From the NCBI GenBank assembly GCA_964427405.1, contig CAYRUB010000003.1, forward strand, positions 64,946 to 128,945: 64,000 bases of DNA. The letters run 5' to 3'. The notes below the pieces were generated by a model. It was not told where the DNA came from, searched no databases, and saw nothing but the letters and a program-made list of their open reading frames with translations. Below, piece after piece: positions 17,659-28,551 of the stretch (positions within the stretch are counted from its first letter, which is position 1; the number at the start of each line of letters is the position of its first letter). Source of the DNA: an uncultured Planctomycetales bacterium (GTDB taxonomy: Bacteria; Omnitrophota; Gorgyraeia; Gygaellales; Profunditerraquicolaceae). Made by a program: the position numbers and the translations under genes.

Positions 17659-19068
17659 TTACTGCAAATAACCCAGGCTCTTTAGTCCCTCCTCTGTTTT
17701 GCGGTTTAAAACAGTTTCCCTGGGATTTATGTCCGAAAAAACAGGATAACCGGAGTTAAGCCATTTTTTTAAATTTATCCTTAATTCTTCTTTTACCTTT
17801 ACTACCCGAAGAGAGTTGTCTTTTATAAGGTTGGTTTTCTCATCAGGAAGAAAATATAACTCCTCCCTGCCGCCTTTTGCTAAAATATATTTAACATTCT
17901 TCCTTATATCCCGAATACTGTAAGCATTAAGAGAATAAGAATATATGTATCTTCTCTCCCTATTCTTACCATCCGAAATAGCTAATAAATCTATACCGTT
18001 AAATTTAGCCTTGTTAAAAAAGTACCAGCAGGAATTTATCCTGCTTAATATCGTTGGGACAACATCCACGCCAGAGCCTGCCGCGGTAATCCTCTTTCCG
18101 GCCTTAAAATACCGCTTATCTTTAATAATTAACGGGATTTGCAATACCTCATCATAGATATTCCGGCCATGAGCAAAATATACGCCATGTTCACCTAAAG
18201 ACTCCCCATGGTCTGCGGTCAGAATAATAATTGTATCATCTTTTATGTTATTCAGCAGTTTCCCTATATAGAAATCAGTATAAAGTATCTTTGAGTCATA
18301 AGCGGCAATGTAATAATTAAGGTTGTACTTGCCTGCGCAAAACACTCCTTTAGGTATATATCCATCACTTACCCAATCATCAGCTAATTTATCTTTTTCA
18401 TCCGCGTCCTTTGGCTTTAATTCCAGCATCTTATCATTTTCTTTATATAACTTATCATTCTCAAACTTATCAAAGTATCCTTCAAGCGCAGTATAGGGGG
18501 CATGAGCACCAATATAATGTACCCAGATAAAAAGAGGCTTATCATTTTGATAGTGTTTTAAGAAATCAATTACCCTGGCAGTAATTGACTGCCCGCTCCC
18601 CGCTTCTTGCTTAAGATTACTGAAGTAATCAATCCCCTGCTCAAAACCTTTGTCGACCTCTAGATGCGGATTATTTATAAAAGCAGCCGTGTAATAACCT
18701 TCTTTCTTAAGGTATTCTGCTAAAGTTACGAATTTTTTATCAAGTAGATGATCAAGAAATTCAAAACGCTTAGACTTAATCCCTAAATATCTTCCCGTAA
18801 GCAGCCCTGGAAATGACCAAAAAGTCGCGCTACTCGTAGCAAAACATTTATCAACGATTACCCCTTCCCCGGCCAATTTATCAATATTAGGCGAGGTGTT
18901 CCTTTGATACCCATAGCATCCTAAGTGATCCGCCCTCAAAGCATCTATTGTGATAAAAATAATATTGGGATCTTTTGGACTTCCGTATCTTGATAACTTA
19001 AGCATGAAAATTGCCAGCGCAAATCCTAAGAGAATAATAAATATTTTATAGTTAATCTTATTCTTCAT
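17659..19068 (-). CDS. Membrane-anchored sulfatase-like hydrolase/transferase (alkaline phosphatase superfamily) lacking the formylglycine CxPxR motif
   Basis: 469 aa with an N-terminal TM, then IDALRADHLGCYGY...SPNID (sulfatase N-terminal signature). The nucleophile position reads ATSSATFWSFPGLLTGRY, where canonical FGly sulfatases have ATSPLCSPSRAALLTGRY. Confidence 0.8.
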   Translation of the reverse strand: MKNKINYKIFIILLGFALAIFMLKLSRYGSPKDPNIIFITIDALRADHLGCYGYQRNTSPNIDKLAGEGVIVDKCFATSSATFWSFPGLLTGRYLGIKSKRFEFLDHLLDKKFVTLAEYLKKEGYYTAAFINNPHLEVDKGFEQGIDYFSNLKQEAGSGQSITARVIDFLKHYQNDKPLFIWVHYIGAHAPYTALEGYFDKFENDKLYKENDKMLELKPKDADEKDKLADDWVSDGYIPKGVFCAGKYNLNYYIAAYDSKILYTDFYIGKLLNNIKDDTIIILTADHGESLGEHGVYFAHGRNIYDEVLQIPLIIKDKRYFKAGKRITAAGSGVDVVPTILSRINSCWYFFNKAKFNGIDLLAISDGKNRERRYIYSYSLNAYSIRDIRKNVKYILAKGGREELYFLPDEKTNLIKDNSLRVVKVKEELRINLKKWLNSGYPVFSDINPRETVLNRKTEEGLKSLGYLQ

Positions 19069-19099
19069 CTTCTAAATAATAACAACTCTCCCCGTTCAA

Positions 19100-20245
19100 C
19101 TATTCAATTCTGCGAATCAGAGGTAAACAAAGGAAACTGGTTAACGCGGATAAAACAATCAACCATTTCAGGCCAATATGCGGAAGCAGGAACGCGCCGG
19201 ACAAATTACCGGCTACTCCGGAAAGATTATTTATGCTGCACAACAAGGCAAATGAAGTCGCCTCCAGCCCCTTAACTGAATGCCGGGCCATAAAATCCAT
19301 AACCATTATGAATATAAACATCCCCAAAAAGCTGTAAACTACATCATAAGCAACAGCCGTTAGGGGAGTATAATACAAGTAGCTTAAAGTAGTTATTGCC
19401 CCTAAAAATACTGAAATGTATAACCATTTCTTTAAATTTATCTTCTGGCTTAACCTGTAGTAGAACAACGAGCCGATAATCCCGCATACTGTGCTAATCG
19501 TGCCTAAAGTCCCAATCCACATCTTGCCCCACTTAAAGGTATCCCGCTGAATAAAAAGCAACGGCGTACCAAAAGAGGGGGAATATTTATACAGAAAAAT
19601 AAATAACCCGATGATCAATATCTTTTTATCGCTAAAAAGCCTTTTTAAATCAATTAACAGAGACGCGTATTTTTTCTCACCACTCTCCTCTTGATAAAAA
19701 TAAGCCGGCAGGCCTACCAGCAAATAAACAGGCACAAGGCACAGAAAACCAATCCGGTAATCCCATTTCTCGGCGATAAAAGCCCCGCCTATGCCGGTAA
19801 ACAATCCCGCCACTAAAATCGAAACCCACTGGATACTCTGGATCTTACCGGTAGCCTGGTATTTCTTGCCCTCCACACACATTATCCCGTCAACCGCTAC
19901 ATCGCGAAAAGCCGCGCTGGCGGAATTAACCGTAAGTAACACCATTAAGAAAATAAGCGGCATCTGCATCAGGCCCAAAAACAAAACAAAAACTATATCC
20001 AAAGCTAAAGAAATAAAGATCCAGCATCTTTTACTAAAAGTATGATCTATAGCATAGCCGATCAAGGGCTTGACCATCCAGGCAAAGGTAGTCAGGCTTC
20101 CAAGAAACATTATCTTGTCCGGCGAAAAATGCAAAGTCTCTTTAAGGTAATAAAATAGCCCCTGTCCAGGCAGGCCTTCTATGCCTTGCGTAAAATAAAC
20201 CGCGCTGCTTAAAGCAAATATCCAAAAAAGTTTTTTATTTTTCAT
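19100..20245 (-). CDS. MFS transporter, folate-biopterin transporter (BT1)-like
   Basis: 381 aa with ~12 TM segments. N-terminus matches BT1 family conservation (FAWMVKPLIGYAIDH, similar to the WxxKPLxGxxSD motif). Confidence 0.65.
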   Translation of the reverse strand: MKNKKLFWIFALSSAVYFTQGIEGLPGQGLFYYLKETLHFSPDKIMFLGSLTTFAWMVKPLIGYAIDHTFSKRCWIFISLALDIVFVLFLGLMQMPLIFLMVLLTVNSASAAFRDVAVDGIMCVEGKKYQATGKIQSIQWVSILVAGLFTGIGGAFIAEKWDYRIGFLCLVPVYLLVGLPAYFYQEESGEKKYASLLIDLKRLFSDKKILIIGLFIFLYKYSPSFGTPLLFIQRDTFKWGKMWIGTLGTISTVCGIIGSLFYYRLSQKINLKKWLYISVFLGAITTLSYLYYTPLTAVAYDVVYSFLGMFIFIMVMDFMARHSVKGLEATSFALLCSINNLSGVAGNLSGAFLLPHIGLKWLIVLSALTSFLCLPLIRRIE

Positions 20246-20305
20246 ATTTAAAATAAAGGGGACGGTTCTATTTTTAGTTTACCTGAAAAATAGAACCGTC
20301 CCCTT
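20246..20305 (-). terminator. Strong rho-independent terminator after secG (perfect 20-bp stem, 10-nt loop)
   Basis: 20256..20275 AAGGGGACGGTTCTATTTTT pairs perfectly with 20286..20305. On the minus strand it is followed by TTATTTTAAA. It lies 19 nt downstream of the secG stop. Confidence 0.7.
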
Positions 20306-20323
20306 CTGTTACAAAATAGTTTT

Positions 20324-20716
20324 TTATTTTCCTGCCTCCGACTTAGCTTTTTCTATGGGAGCTACAGCTTTAACTGCATCTACTTTAGCTGTTTCTACTT
20401 TAACGGGCTCTGCTTTTACATCCTCTGTTTTAACCGTTTCTGTTTTTGCTGCCGCCTTTACCGGAACCTTAGCATTACGCATCAACGATTTACTCTGTTT
20501 AACGGATAATACCGCCAGGCTCAAACAAGTCAGGAAGAAAACTACGGACATAATTGTGGTCGTACGGGTAAGAAAAGCGCTGGTCTTTGTCCCGAACATC
20601 GATTCCACCCCGGCAAAGCTCTCCACCAACCCCGCCCCTCTTCCGCGTTGAATTAAAACCAAAACAATCAAAACTATACAGGCAATCACATGGACTACAA
20701 TTATCAACGTCATCAT
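20324..20716 (-). CDS. secG: Preprotein translocase subunit SecG with a C-terminal K/E/V-rich repeat extension
   Basis: N-terminus MMTLIIVVHVIACIVLIVLVLIQRGRGAGL is canonical SecG. The C-terminus carries VKTEDVKAEPVKVETAKVDAVKAV repeats. Confidence 0.85.
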   Translation of the reverse strand: MMTLIIVVHVIACIVLIVLVLIQRGRGAGLVESFAGVESMFGTKTSAFLTRTTTIMSVVFFLTCLSLAVLSVKQSKSLMRNAKVPVKAAAKTETVKTEDVKAEPVKVETAKVDAVKAVAPIEKAKSEAGK

Positions 20717-21480
20717 TTTACAACCTCGCTAGCTTTAATAACTATCGCACTGAAAGATTCCGCCTTCAAGCTTGCTCCGCCCACTAGGGCGCCGTCTACA
20801 TCCGGCTTATTCATTAATTCCGTGATATTTTCAGGCTTAACGCTTCCGCCATACTGAATCCTGACGCTATCCGCTACCTCTTGGCCGTAATTTTTCTTTA
20901 ATAAATCGCGGATAAATTTATGCACCTCCTGCGCCTGTTCCGGGGTGGCAGTCTTACCCGTACCAATTGCCCAGACCGGCTCATAAGCAATTACCAAATT
21001 TAGCATATCAGAGGAGCTAATATCCACTAATCCATTATTAATATGATCTTCAATAACCCTGAATGTCTTATTAGCTTCTCTTTCCTGCAAGTTCTCACCC
21101 ACGCAAACAATCGGAGTCAGCCCATGTTTTAAGCAGGCCTTGATTTTCTTATTTACAGTTTCATTGGTATCCCCGAAAAACTGCCTGCGTTCAGAGTGCC
21201 CGACAATAACATACCGGCAACCCGCATCAAGAAGCATAAGCGGAGAAACCTCTCCCGTAAAAGCCCCCTCTTCCTGCCAATAGATATCCTGAGCGCCTAT
21301 AGCTATATTACTATCCTCCAAATCGTCCGCTAAATACGCCAGCAATGTATAAGCCGGACAAATTATGATATCCACATTTTCAATTTTATAAAGTTCCCTT
21401 TTCAAGGCAACCGCTAAAGCTTGGCCGTCTTTAATCGTCTTATACATCTTCCAGTTTCCGGCAATAATCGTCTTTCTCAT
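20713..21480 (-). CDS. tpiA: Triose-phosphate isomerase
   Basis: Start set to the ATG at 21480 (MRKTIIAGNWKM); the track start is TTG. Active-site motifs AYEPVWAIGTG and GGSVKP are present. Confidence 0.9.
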   Translation of the reverse strand: MRKTIIAGNWKMYKTIKDGQALAVALKRELYKIENVDIIICPAYTLLAYLADDLEDSNIAIGAQDIYWQEEGAFTGEVSPLMLLDAGCRYVIVGHSERRQFFGDTNETVNKKIKACLKHGLTPIVCVGENLQEREANKTFRVIEDHINNGLVDISSSDMLNLVIAYEPVWAIGTGKTATPEQAQEVHKFIRDLLKKNYGQEVADSVRIQYGGSVKPENITELMNKPDVDGALVGGASLKAESFSAIVIKASEVVK

Positions 21481-21481
21481 C

Positions 21482-22663
21482 TTACCTTTCTGTAAGCGCG
21501 GCAATACCCGGCAAATTTTTACCCTCTAAAAACTCCAGGCTCGCCCCTCCTCCAGTTGAAATATGCGACATCTTATCTTCTAATTTGAATTTAACAATCG
21601 CCGCGGCAGTATCCCCTCCGCCGATAATTGAAATGCATTTCAGGCTGCCGATAAAATCAGCCAACTCCCGTGTGCCCCTGCTAAAAGCATCCATTTCAAA
21701 TATACCCATCGGCCCGTTCCAAACAATGGTCTTGGCTGTTTTTAATTTCTCCTCAAACAACTTAATAGTCTTGGGCCCGATATCTACGGCAATCTTGCCG
21801 TCGGGTATATTCTCACCTACAATTTCAGTTTTAGCGTTAGCGTCAATAGTATCAACAATCACGTTATCAACGGGCAATAAAATCTCTTTATTTAACTGTT
21901 TAGCTTGATCTAAAATTGACTTGGCTAAATCCAGCTTCTCTTTTTCTAACTTAGAATTACCGATCTGTTTTCCTTGTGCCTTAAGAAAAGTATACGCCAT
22001 GCCGCCGCCGACAATAATCGCGTCACATTTAGGCAAAAGATTCTCAATTACCCCAATCTTATCCGAAACCTTAGCGCCCCCTAAAATAACTACAAACGGC
22101 TTCTGCGGATTTTTAACTGCGTCGCCTAAATATTTGATTTCTTTCTCAAGAAGTAACCCTGCGGCAGATTTTAAGAAATGCGTTACACCTTCGGTTGAGG
22201 CATGAGCGCGGTGCGCCGTGCCAAAAGCATCATTAACAAATATATCAGCTAAAGACGCAAGCTGTTTAGAAAAATTAGCGTCATTGCCTTCTTCTCCGGC
22301 GTGATACCGTAAATTCTCGAGTAAAACTATCTTTTCCTTTGATTTATCAATATCCGGTTTAATATTATCTCCGATGCAGTCATTAAGAAATAACACATCC
22401 TGGCCTAAAAGCTCTTTTAAACGCGCAGCTACCGGCTTAAGGCTGTATTTAGCAACCAGCTTGCCATCCGGCCTGCCCAAATGGCTCATCAGAACTAATT
22501 TCTTAGCGCCATGCTCTAAAATATATTTCAGGGTAGGTATGGTTGCCCGTATACGCGTATCATCGGTAATATTAAGGCTGGCATCCTGCGGTACATTAAA
22601 ATCCGCGCGCACCAGCACCGTCTTATTTTTTAAATCAACATCATTTAAGGTCAATTTCGCCAT
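21482..22663 (-). CDS. pgk: Phosphoglycerate kinase
   Basis: 393 aa, canonical PGK N- and C-domains. Confidence 0.95.
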   Translation of the reverse strand: MAKLTLNDVDLKNKTVLVRADFNVPQDASLNITDDTRIRATIPTLKYILEHGAKKLVLMSHLGRPDGKLVAKYSLKPVAARLKELLGQDVLFLNDCIGDNIKPDIDKSKEKIVLLENLRYHAGEEGNDANFSKQLASLADIFVNDAFGTAHRAHASTEGVTHFLKSAAGLLLEKEIKYLGDAVKNPQKPFVVILGGAKVSDKIGVIENLLPKCDAIIVGGGMAYTFLKAQGKQIGNSKLEKEKLDLAKSILDQAKQLNKEILLPVDNVIVDTIDANAKTEIVGENIPDGKIAVDIGPKTIKLFEEKLKTAKTIVWNGPMGIFEMDAFSRGTRELADFIGSLKCISIIGGGDTAAAIVKFKLEDKMSHISTGGGASLEFLEGKNLPGIAALTER

Positions 22664-22669
22664 GTATTT

Positions 22670-24749
<2,080 letters not shown>

Positions 24750-24750
24750 A

Positions 24751-25773
24751 TTAAACTTTTACCTCTCTTAAAAATTTAGCTGTCTCTTCTGGGGGAAGCG
24801 GACAAATATAAAAACCTGTGCCCCACTCAAAACCCGCGACCTTAGTCAGACGCGGTATGATCTCAATATGCCAATGATAATCCTGTTCAATAGTTTTCCA
24901 ATAGCCCATTTTTTGCCTGCGGAATGGCGCGGTGTGAATTACATAATTATAATCCGGGTCGTTTAACCCAATCTTTAATTTCAAAAGCACGGTTTTAAGT
25001 ACGTGCGCCAGGTGCTTTTTTGACTCCGCATCCATACAGGTATAGTCACAACAATGCTTCTTCGGCAAAATCCAGGTCTCAAAAGGAAAACGCGCGGCAA
25101 ACGGAGCTACTGCCACAAAACCATCAAACTCGGCAATTACGCGTTCTTTCTGCGCCAGCTCCTGTTTAATCAAATCGCAGAACACACAACGTTCATGGTA
25201 TTCATAATAAAGGCGCGCCCCGGCCAATTCTTCTTTTACGCGTTTAGGATTAACAGGCGTGGCAATTAACTGCGAGCGGGAATGCCTGATTGAGCCGCCT
25301 CCCGAACCTTTACCGTAATTCTTGAACACCAAGACATATTTAAGCCGTCCATCCCTCTCTAAATCAGTTATTCTATCGGAATAGCAATTAAGCACATTGG
25401 TAATTTGCTCTTCGCTTAAATCCGCCATGTTGGCAATGTGCTGATTAGTCTCAATCACAACCTCATGCGCACCTAAACCATTCATTACGTCATATATACC
25501 GTTTCCGCGCCGGTCCAAGTCACCTTCAACCCTTAAGAAAGGCGCAATACTGGGGACAACACGCAAGTCCCAACCCGGGCCATTGCGCGTAGAATTTCGC
25601 GGGCGTATAGCGTAAATTTCAGACGGAGTATTAGATTCCTTGCCATCGCAAAATGGACAAGCACCCTGATCATCCTGCTCTTTATTGCCTGTAAACTGAT
25701 CAGGCCGCTGAGCGCGTTCAGTGGCGATAATTACCCATCTACCTATAATCGGATCTTTTCTTAATTCTGGCAT
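24751..25773 (-). CDS. GalT-like paralog with the catalytic nucleophile His replaced by Arg (HSRSQ)
   Basis: 340 aa that aligns with the downstream paralog: CPFC and GAHEVVIE are conserved, but HPHTQ reads HSRSQ. Tandem, with a 1-nt gap. Confidence 0.75.
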   Translation of the reverse strand: MPELRKDPIIGRWVIIATERAQRPDQFTGNKEQDDQGACPFCDGKESNTPSEIYAIRPRNSTRNGPGWDLRVVPSIAPFLRVEGDLDRRGNGIYDVMNGLGAHEVVIETNQHIANMADLSEEQITNVLNCYSDRITDLERDGRLKYVLVFKNYGKGSGGGSIRHSRSQLIATPVNPKRVKEELAGARLYYEYHERCVFCDLIKQELAQKERVIAEFDGFVAVAPFAARFPFETWILPKKHCCDYTCMDAESKKHLAHVLKTVLLKLKIGLNDPDYNYVIHTAPFRRQKMGYWKTIEQDYHWHIEIIPRLTKVAGFEWGTGFYICPLPPEETAKFLREVKV

Positions 25774-25796
25774 AGAAATTAATTATAACAGAACTT

Positions 25797-25821
25797 CTTT
25801 AATTTACAATGTAAATTAAAG
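25797..25821. promoter_or_regulatory. 25-bp perfect palindrome (operator-like) overlapping the -35 of the putative galT2-galT-gap-pgk-tpiA-secG operon promoter
   Basis: CTTTAATTTACAaTGTAAATTAAAG: two 12-bp arms around a central A. The minus strand then has TTGTAA-N16-TGTTATAAT, with the -10 at 25782..25787, only 8 nt before the ATG and with no SD. Confidence 0.35.
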
Positions 25822-25838
25822 AACATACCTTGCAACAT

Positions 25839-26780
25839 TTAAATAGATGTAAACTTATCTCCTGATTTAAGCTTATGCCCTATGATAAAATTCTGCGCGG
25901 ACATACGCTTGCCCGCTTCCAGCTGTAATTCTTTAAGATTTAAAAAACCCCTGCCGCAAGCTACAACAATACCATGTTTATCCGCCCTGACCACCTCTCC
26001 GGGCACAGGCTTATGATTTGGGAATATCGGCAAAACATCCGCTTGAAATATTTTAAGTATTTTTCCGCGGTAACCCGTGAATGCCCCCGGCCAGGGCAAA
26101 ACCCCTCTTACCTGATTATGAATATCTATGGCAGGAGTATCCCAGTCAATTAAACCATCCTCTTTTTTCAGCTTCGGCGCAAGAATTACCTTATCCTCAT
26201 CCTGCTCTAATAACGAATAGCTCCTATTGTCAATCATCTTAAGCGCATCCATTAACAACTCCGCCCCTAGATTTCGCAGTTTTTCCTCAAGACTTATTGC
26301 GGTATCATTTTCTTCAATTTTTATTTCCTTTTGCAAAATAACCGGCCCTGAATCCGTTTTAAGGCTCACATACATGATACTTACTCCGGACTTCTTCTCT
26401 GCGTTAATTATCGCCCAATTGATCGGAGCTGCCCCGCGGTAAAGCGGAAGAAGCGAAGCGTGAATATTAATCGGCATGATTTTCGGAATATCCAGAACCT
26501 CCTGGGAAAAAATCTGGCCATAGGCGACAATAACAAAAAGGTCGGCATCCAGGCTTTTTAAGAAATCTACGCTTTCTTTGCTTTTAATATTTTCCGGCTG
26601 GAAGGTTTTGAGTTTTGCCGCAATAGCCATGCTCTTGACATCCGTGCCGGCAACATGTAAATGCCTGCCCTTTTTCTTATCCGGCTGGGTAACCACGCAA
26701 ACCAGCTCATGCTTACCTTTAATCAAGGCTTCCAGTGCCGGAACCGCGAAATGTGCGCTGCCAAAATATACTATTTTCAT
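25839..26780 (-). CDS. fmt: Methionyl-tRNA formyltransferase
   Basis: 313 aa with formyltransferase N- and C-domains and the HASLLPxxRG motif. Confidence 0.9.
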   Translation of the reverse strand: MKIVYFGSAHFAVPALEALIKGKHELVCVVTQPDKKKGRHLHVAGTDVKSMAIAAKLKTFQPENIKSKESVDFLKSLDADLFVIVAYGQIFSQEVLDIPKIMPINIHASLLPLYRGAAPINWAIINAEKKSGVSIMYVSLKTDSGPVILQKEIKIEENDTAISLEEKLRNLGAELLMDALKMIDNRSYSLLEQDEDKVILAPKLKKEDGLIDWDTPAIDIHNQVRGVLPWPGAFTGYRGKILKIFQADVLPIFPNHKPVPGEVVRADKHGIVVACGRGFLNLKELQLEAGKRMSAQNFIIGHKLKSGDKFTSI

Positions 26781-26782
26781 AT

Positions 26783-28228
26783 TTATATAGGATCCACATC
26801 CACCGTTACTATTATACCCGAAAAATGGCTTTCTTTTAAATGTAATTTTAAAAACTTCCCAGCCTTCTCTACGCTAGATGCACGCATTAATATTTGATAA
26901 TAAAAATTCCCGCGTAATTTAGCCGGCTGCCCGGGGTTAAGCGAGAGCATTTTTATGCTGGAGGTTTTAATCCGGCTTAATCTTTCGAATAAATCCTGGG
27001 CCGACTTTTTAACCTTCTCCAGGCTCACCCCTCTTAGCTTAAGCAAAATCATATGTTTATACGGCGCAAAATTCAACTGTTTGCGCTGCTTCAATTCTTC
27101 TTTTAAGAAAATCTGCGGGTCATTCTTAATCAGCGCCTGGAAACAATGATGATTAGCATTAACGCTTTGAATAATCATTTTCTTGGAGGTTAGGCTAGTC
27201 AACCCCATAAGTAAAGCAAAAGTTTTCTCGCCGGCCCTAAAATCCACCCGGTTGAGCGAATTATCTATGGCGATTACCCCGATTAAATCAAAACTTAAAT
27301 CTTGATGTTTTATAATTGAACTGCTCGCCACAGAAATATCCACATTTATTCGCGCCTGCGGAAAAATCCTGGCCAATTCACTCTCCACTTTTTCCGTGCC
27401 TATCCCGGAATATTTTATGTAACCGGTATTACAACTCGGGCAGATATTGGGCACATCCATTTTAAAGTTACAATGGTGGCACTTTAATTTATCCTCATCA
27501 AAATGAAATACCAGATTAATATTACAGCGCGGGCACTTTAAAGCCACCCCGCAATTATGGCAAGCGGCGCTGGTTGCAAAACCTTTGCGCTCAATAAACA
27601 CCAGGGTCTTTCCTTTCTCAACCAATGTCGCATAAATCGCATCTGACAGAAATTTAGAAAATATAGCCTTGCTCTTTCTATCCGCGTAAGAAAGCCGCCG
27701 TGCGTCAATAACCTGAACAAGCGGATATGCTGTTTTAGGCGGAACAAATTCAAATTTAACTTTATCTTCTTGCGCAAGATAAAAATTTTCCAGGGAAGGG
27801 ACAAGACTGCCCAAAACAACCTTTGAGCCGCAAATCTCCGCGCGCATTAAGGCTACTTGCCTGGCGTGATAATGCGGCACCTGCTCTTGCTTATAAACCT
27901 GATCCTGCTCCTGGTCGATTATAATCAAACCCAAATTATTTACCGGAGAAAAAATATTTGAACGCGTGCCTACTACAACACATTTTGCCGCCTGGCTGAT
28001 CTTTCTCCATATCTCCAATTCTTTTGGCTGTTTACGGAATACCAAAAAGACCTCTATGCCTAAATCTTTTTCAATTAATTCCTTAGCCCTTTCTGCCTCC
28101 AGAATATCACTAAATAAAACAATCGCCGAACGATTAGCCGCCCAAGCCTCTTTAATCTCCCTTAAATAAACCGGCATCCGCTCCTGCCCGATAATTGCGA
28201 CAATTGGGGCCGGATCTATTTTTCCCAT
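26783..28228 (-). CDS. priA: Primosomal protein N' (PriA) helicase-core region with degenerate ATPase motifs; C-terminal part of a split gene
   Basis: 481 aa that aligns with PriA helicase domains. Walker A GxxGSGKT is replaced by IIGQERMP, DEEH by DQEQD, and the QxxGRxGR arginine finger by LMGLTSLTS. The PriA Zn-binding insertion CxxC...CxxC...CxxC...CxxC is intact. Confidence 0.7.
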   Translation of the reverse strand: MGKIDPAPIVAIIGQERMPVYLREIKEAWAANRSAIVLFSDILEAERAKELIEKDLGIEVFLVFRKQPKELEIWRKISQAAKCVVVGTRSNIFSPVNNLGLIIIDQEQDQVYKQEQVPHYHARQVALMRAEICGSKVVLGSLVPSLENFYLAQEDKVKFEFVPPKTAYPLVQVIDARRLSYADRKSKAIFSKFLSDAIYATLVEKGKTLVFIERKGFATSAACHNCGVALKCPRCNINLVFHFDEDKLKCHHCNFKMDVPNICPSCNTGYIKYSGIGTEKVESELARIFPQARINVDISVASSSIIKHQDLSFDLIGVIAIDNSLNRVDFRAGEKTFALLMGLTSLTSKKMIIQSVNANHHCFQALIKNDPQIFLKEELKQRKQLNFAPYKHMILLKLRGVSLEKVKKSAQDLFERLSRIKTSSIKMLSLNPGQPAKLRGNFYYQILMRASSVEKAGKFLKLHLKESHFSGIIVTVDVDPI

Positions 28229-28551
28229 AGCTTGCCTTTCCTCAGCTCATCCGGAAGCGCAGCCTCAATTGCCTCCCCCCAGGAACAACAGTAATATTCC
28301 GCTAATCTTTTCGTCAACAACAGCATCTGCTCATCTAAAACAGCCGTTGTATCAATTACCGCCGAAATATCTTTTATTATCTTAATTTTGGTTTTATTGC
28401 TTAAGCCGACTACGTAGGCAACTTCTTTTTTATTGCGGAAATTTACCCAAACTCTCGCTCCGACAAAAACCTTATTCTCCAAATCCGGCGGGACAAGGTA
28501 ATCAAACGGGCCGTCAATAGGCAGGCCTAATACAACCTCAGCATATAACAC
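28216..28551 (-). CDS. priA: PriA N-terminal 3'-DNA-binding domain, encoded as a separate ORF overlapping the helicase-core ORF by 13 nt at an A5 run
   Basis: 111 aa MLYAEVVLGLPIDGPFDYLVPPDL...ARVWVNF...VAYVVGL matches the PriA 3'BD. It stops at TAG 28216..28218, while the next ORF's ATG is at 28226..28228 in the -1 frame. Confidence 0.55.
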   Translation of the reverse strand: MLYAEVVLGLPIDGPFDYLVPPDLENKVFVGARVWVNFRNKKEVAYVVGLSNKTKIKIIKDISAVIDTTAVLDEQMLLLTKRLAEYYCCSWGEAIEAALPDELRKGKLWEK

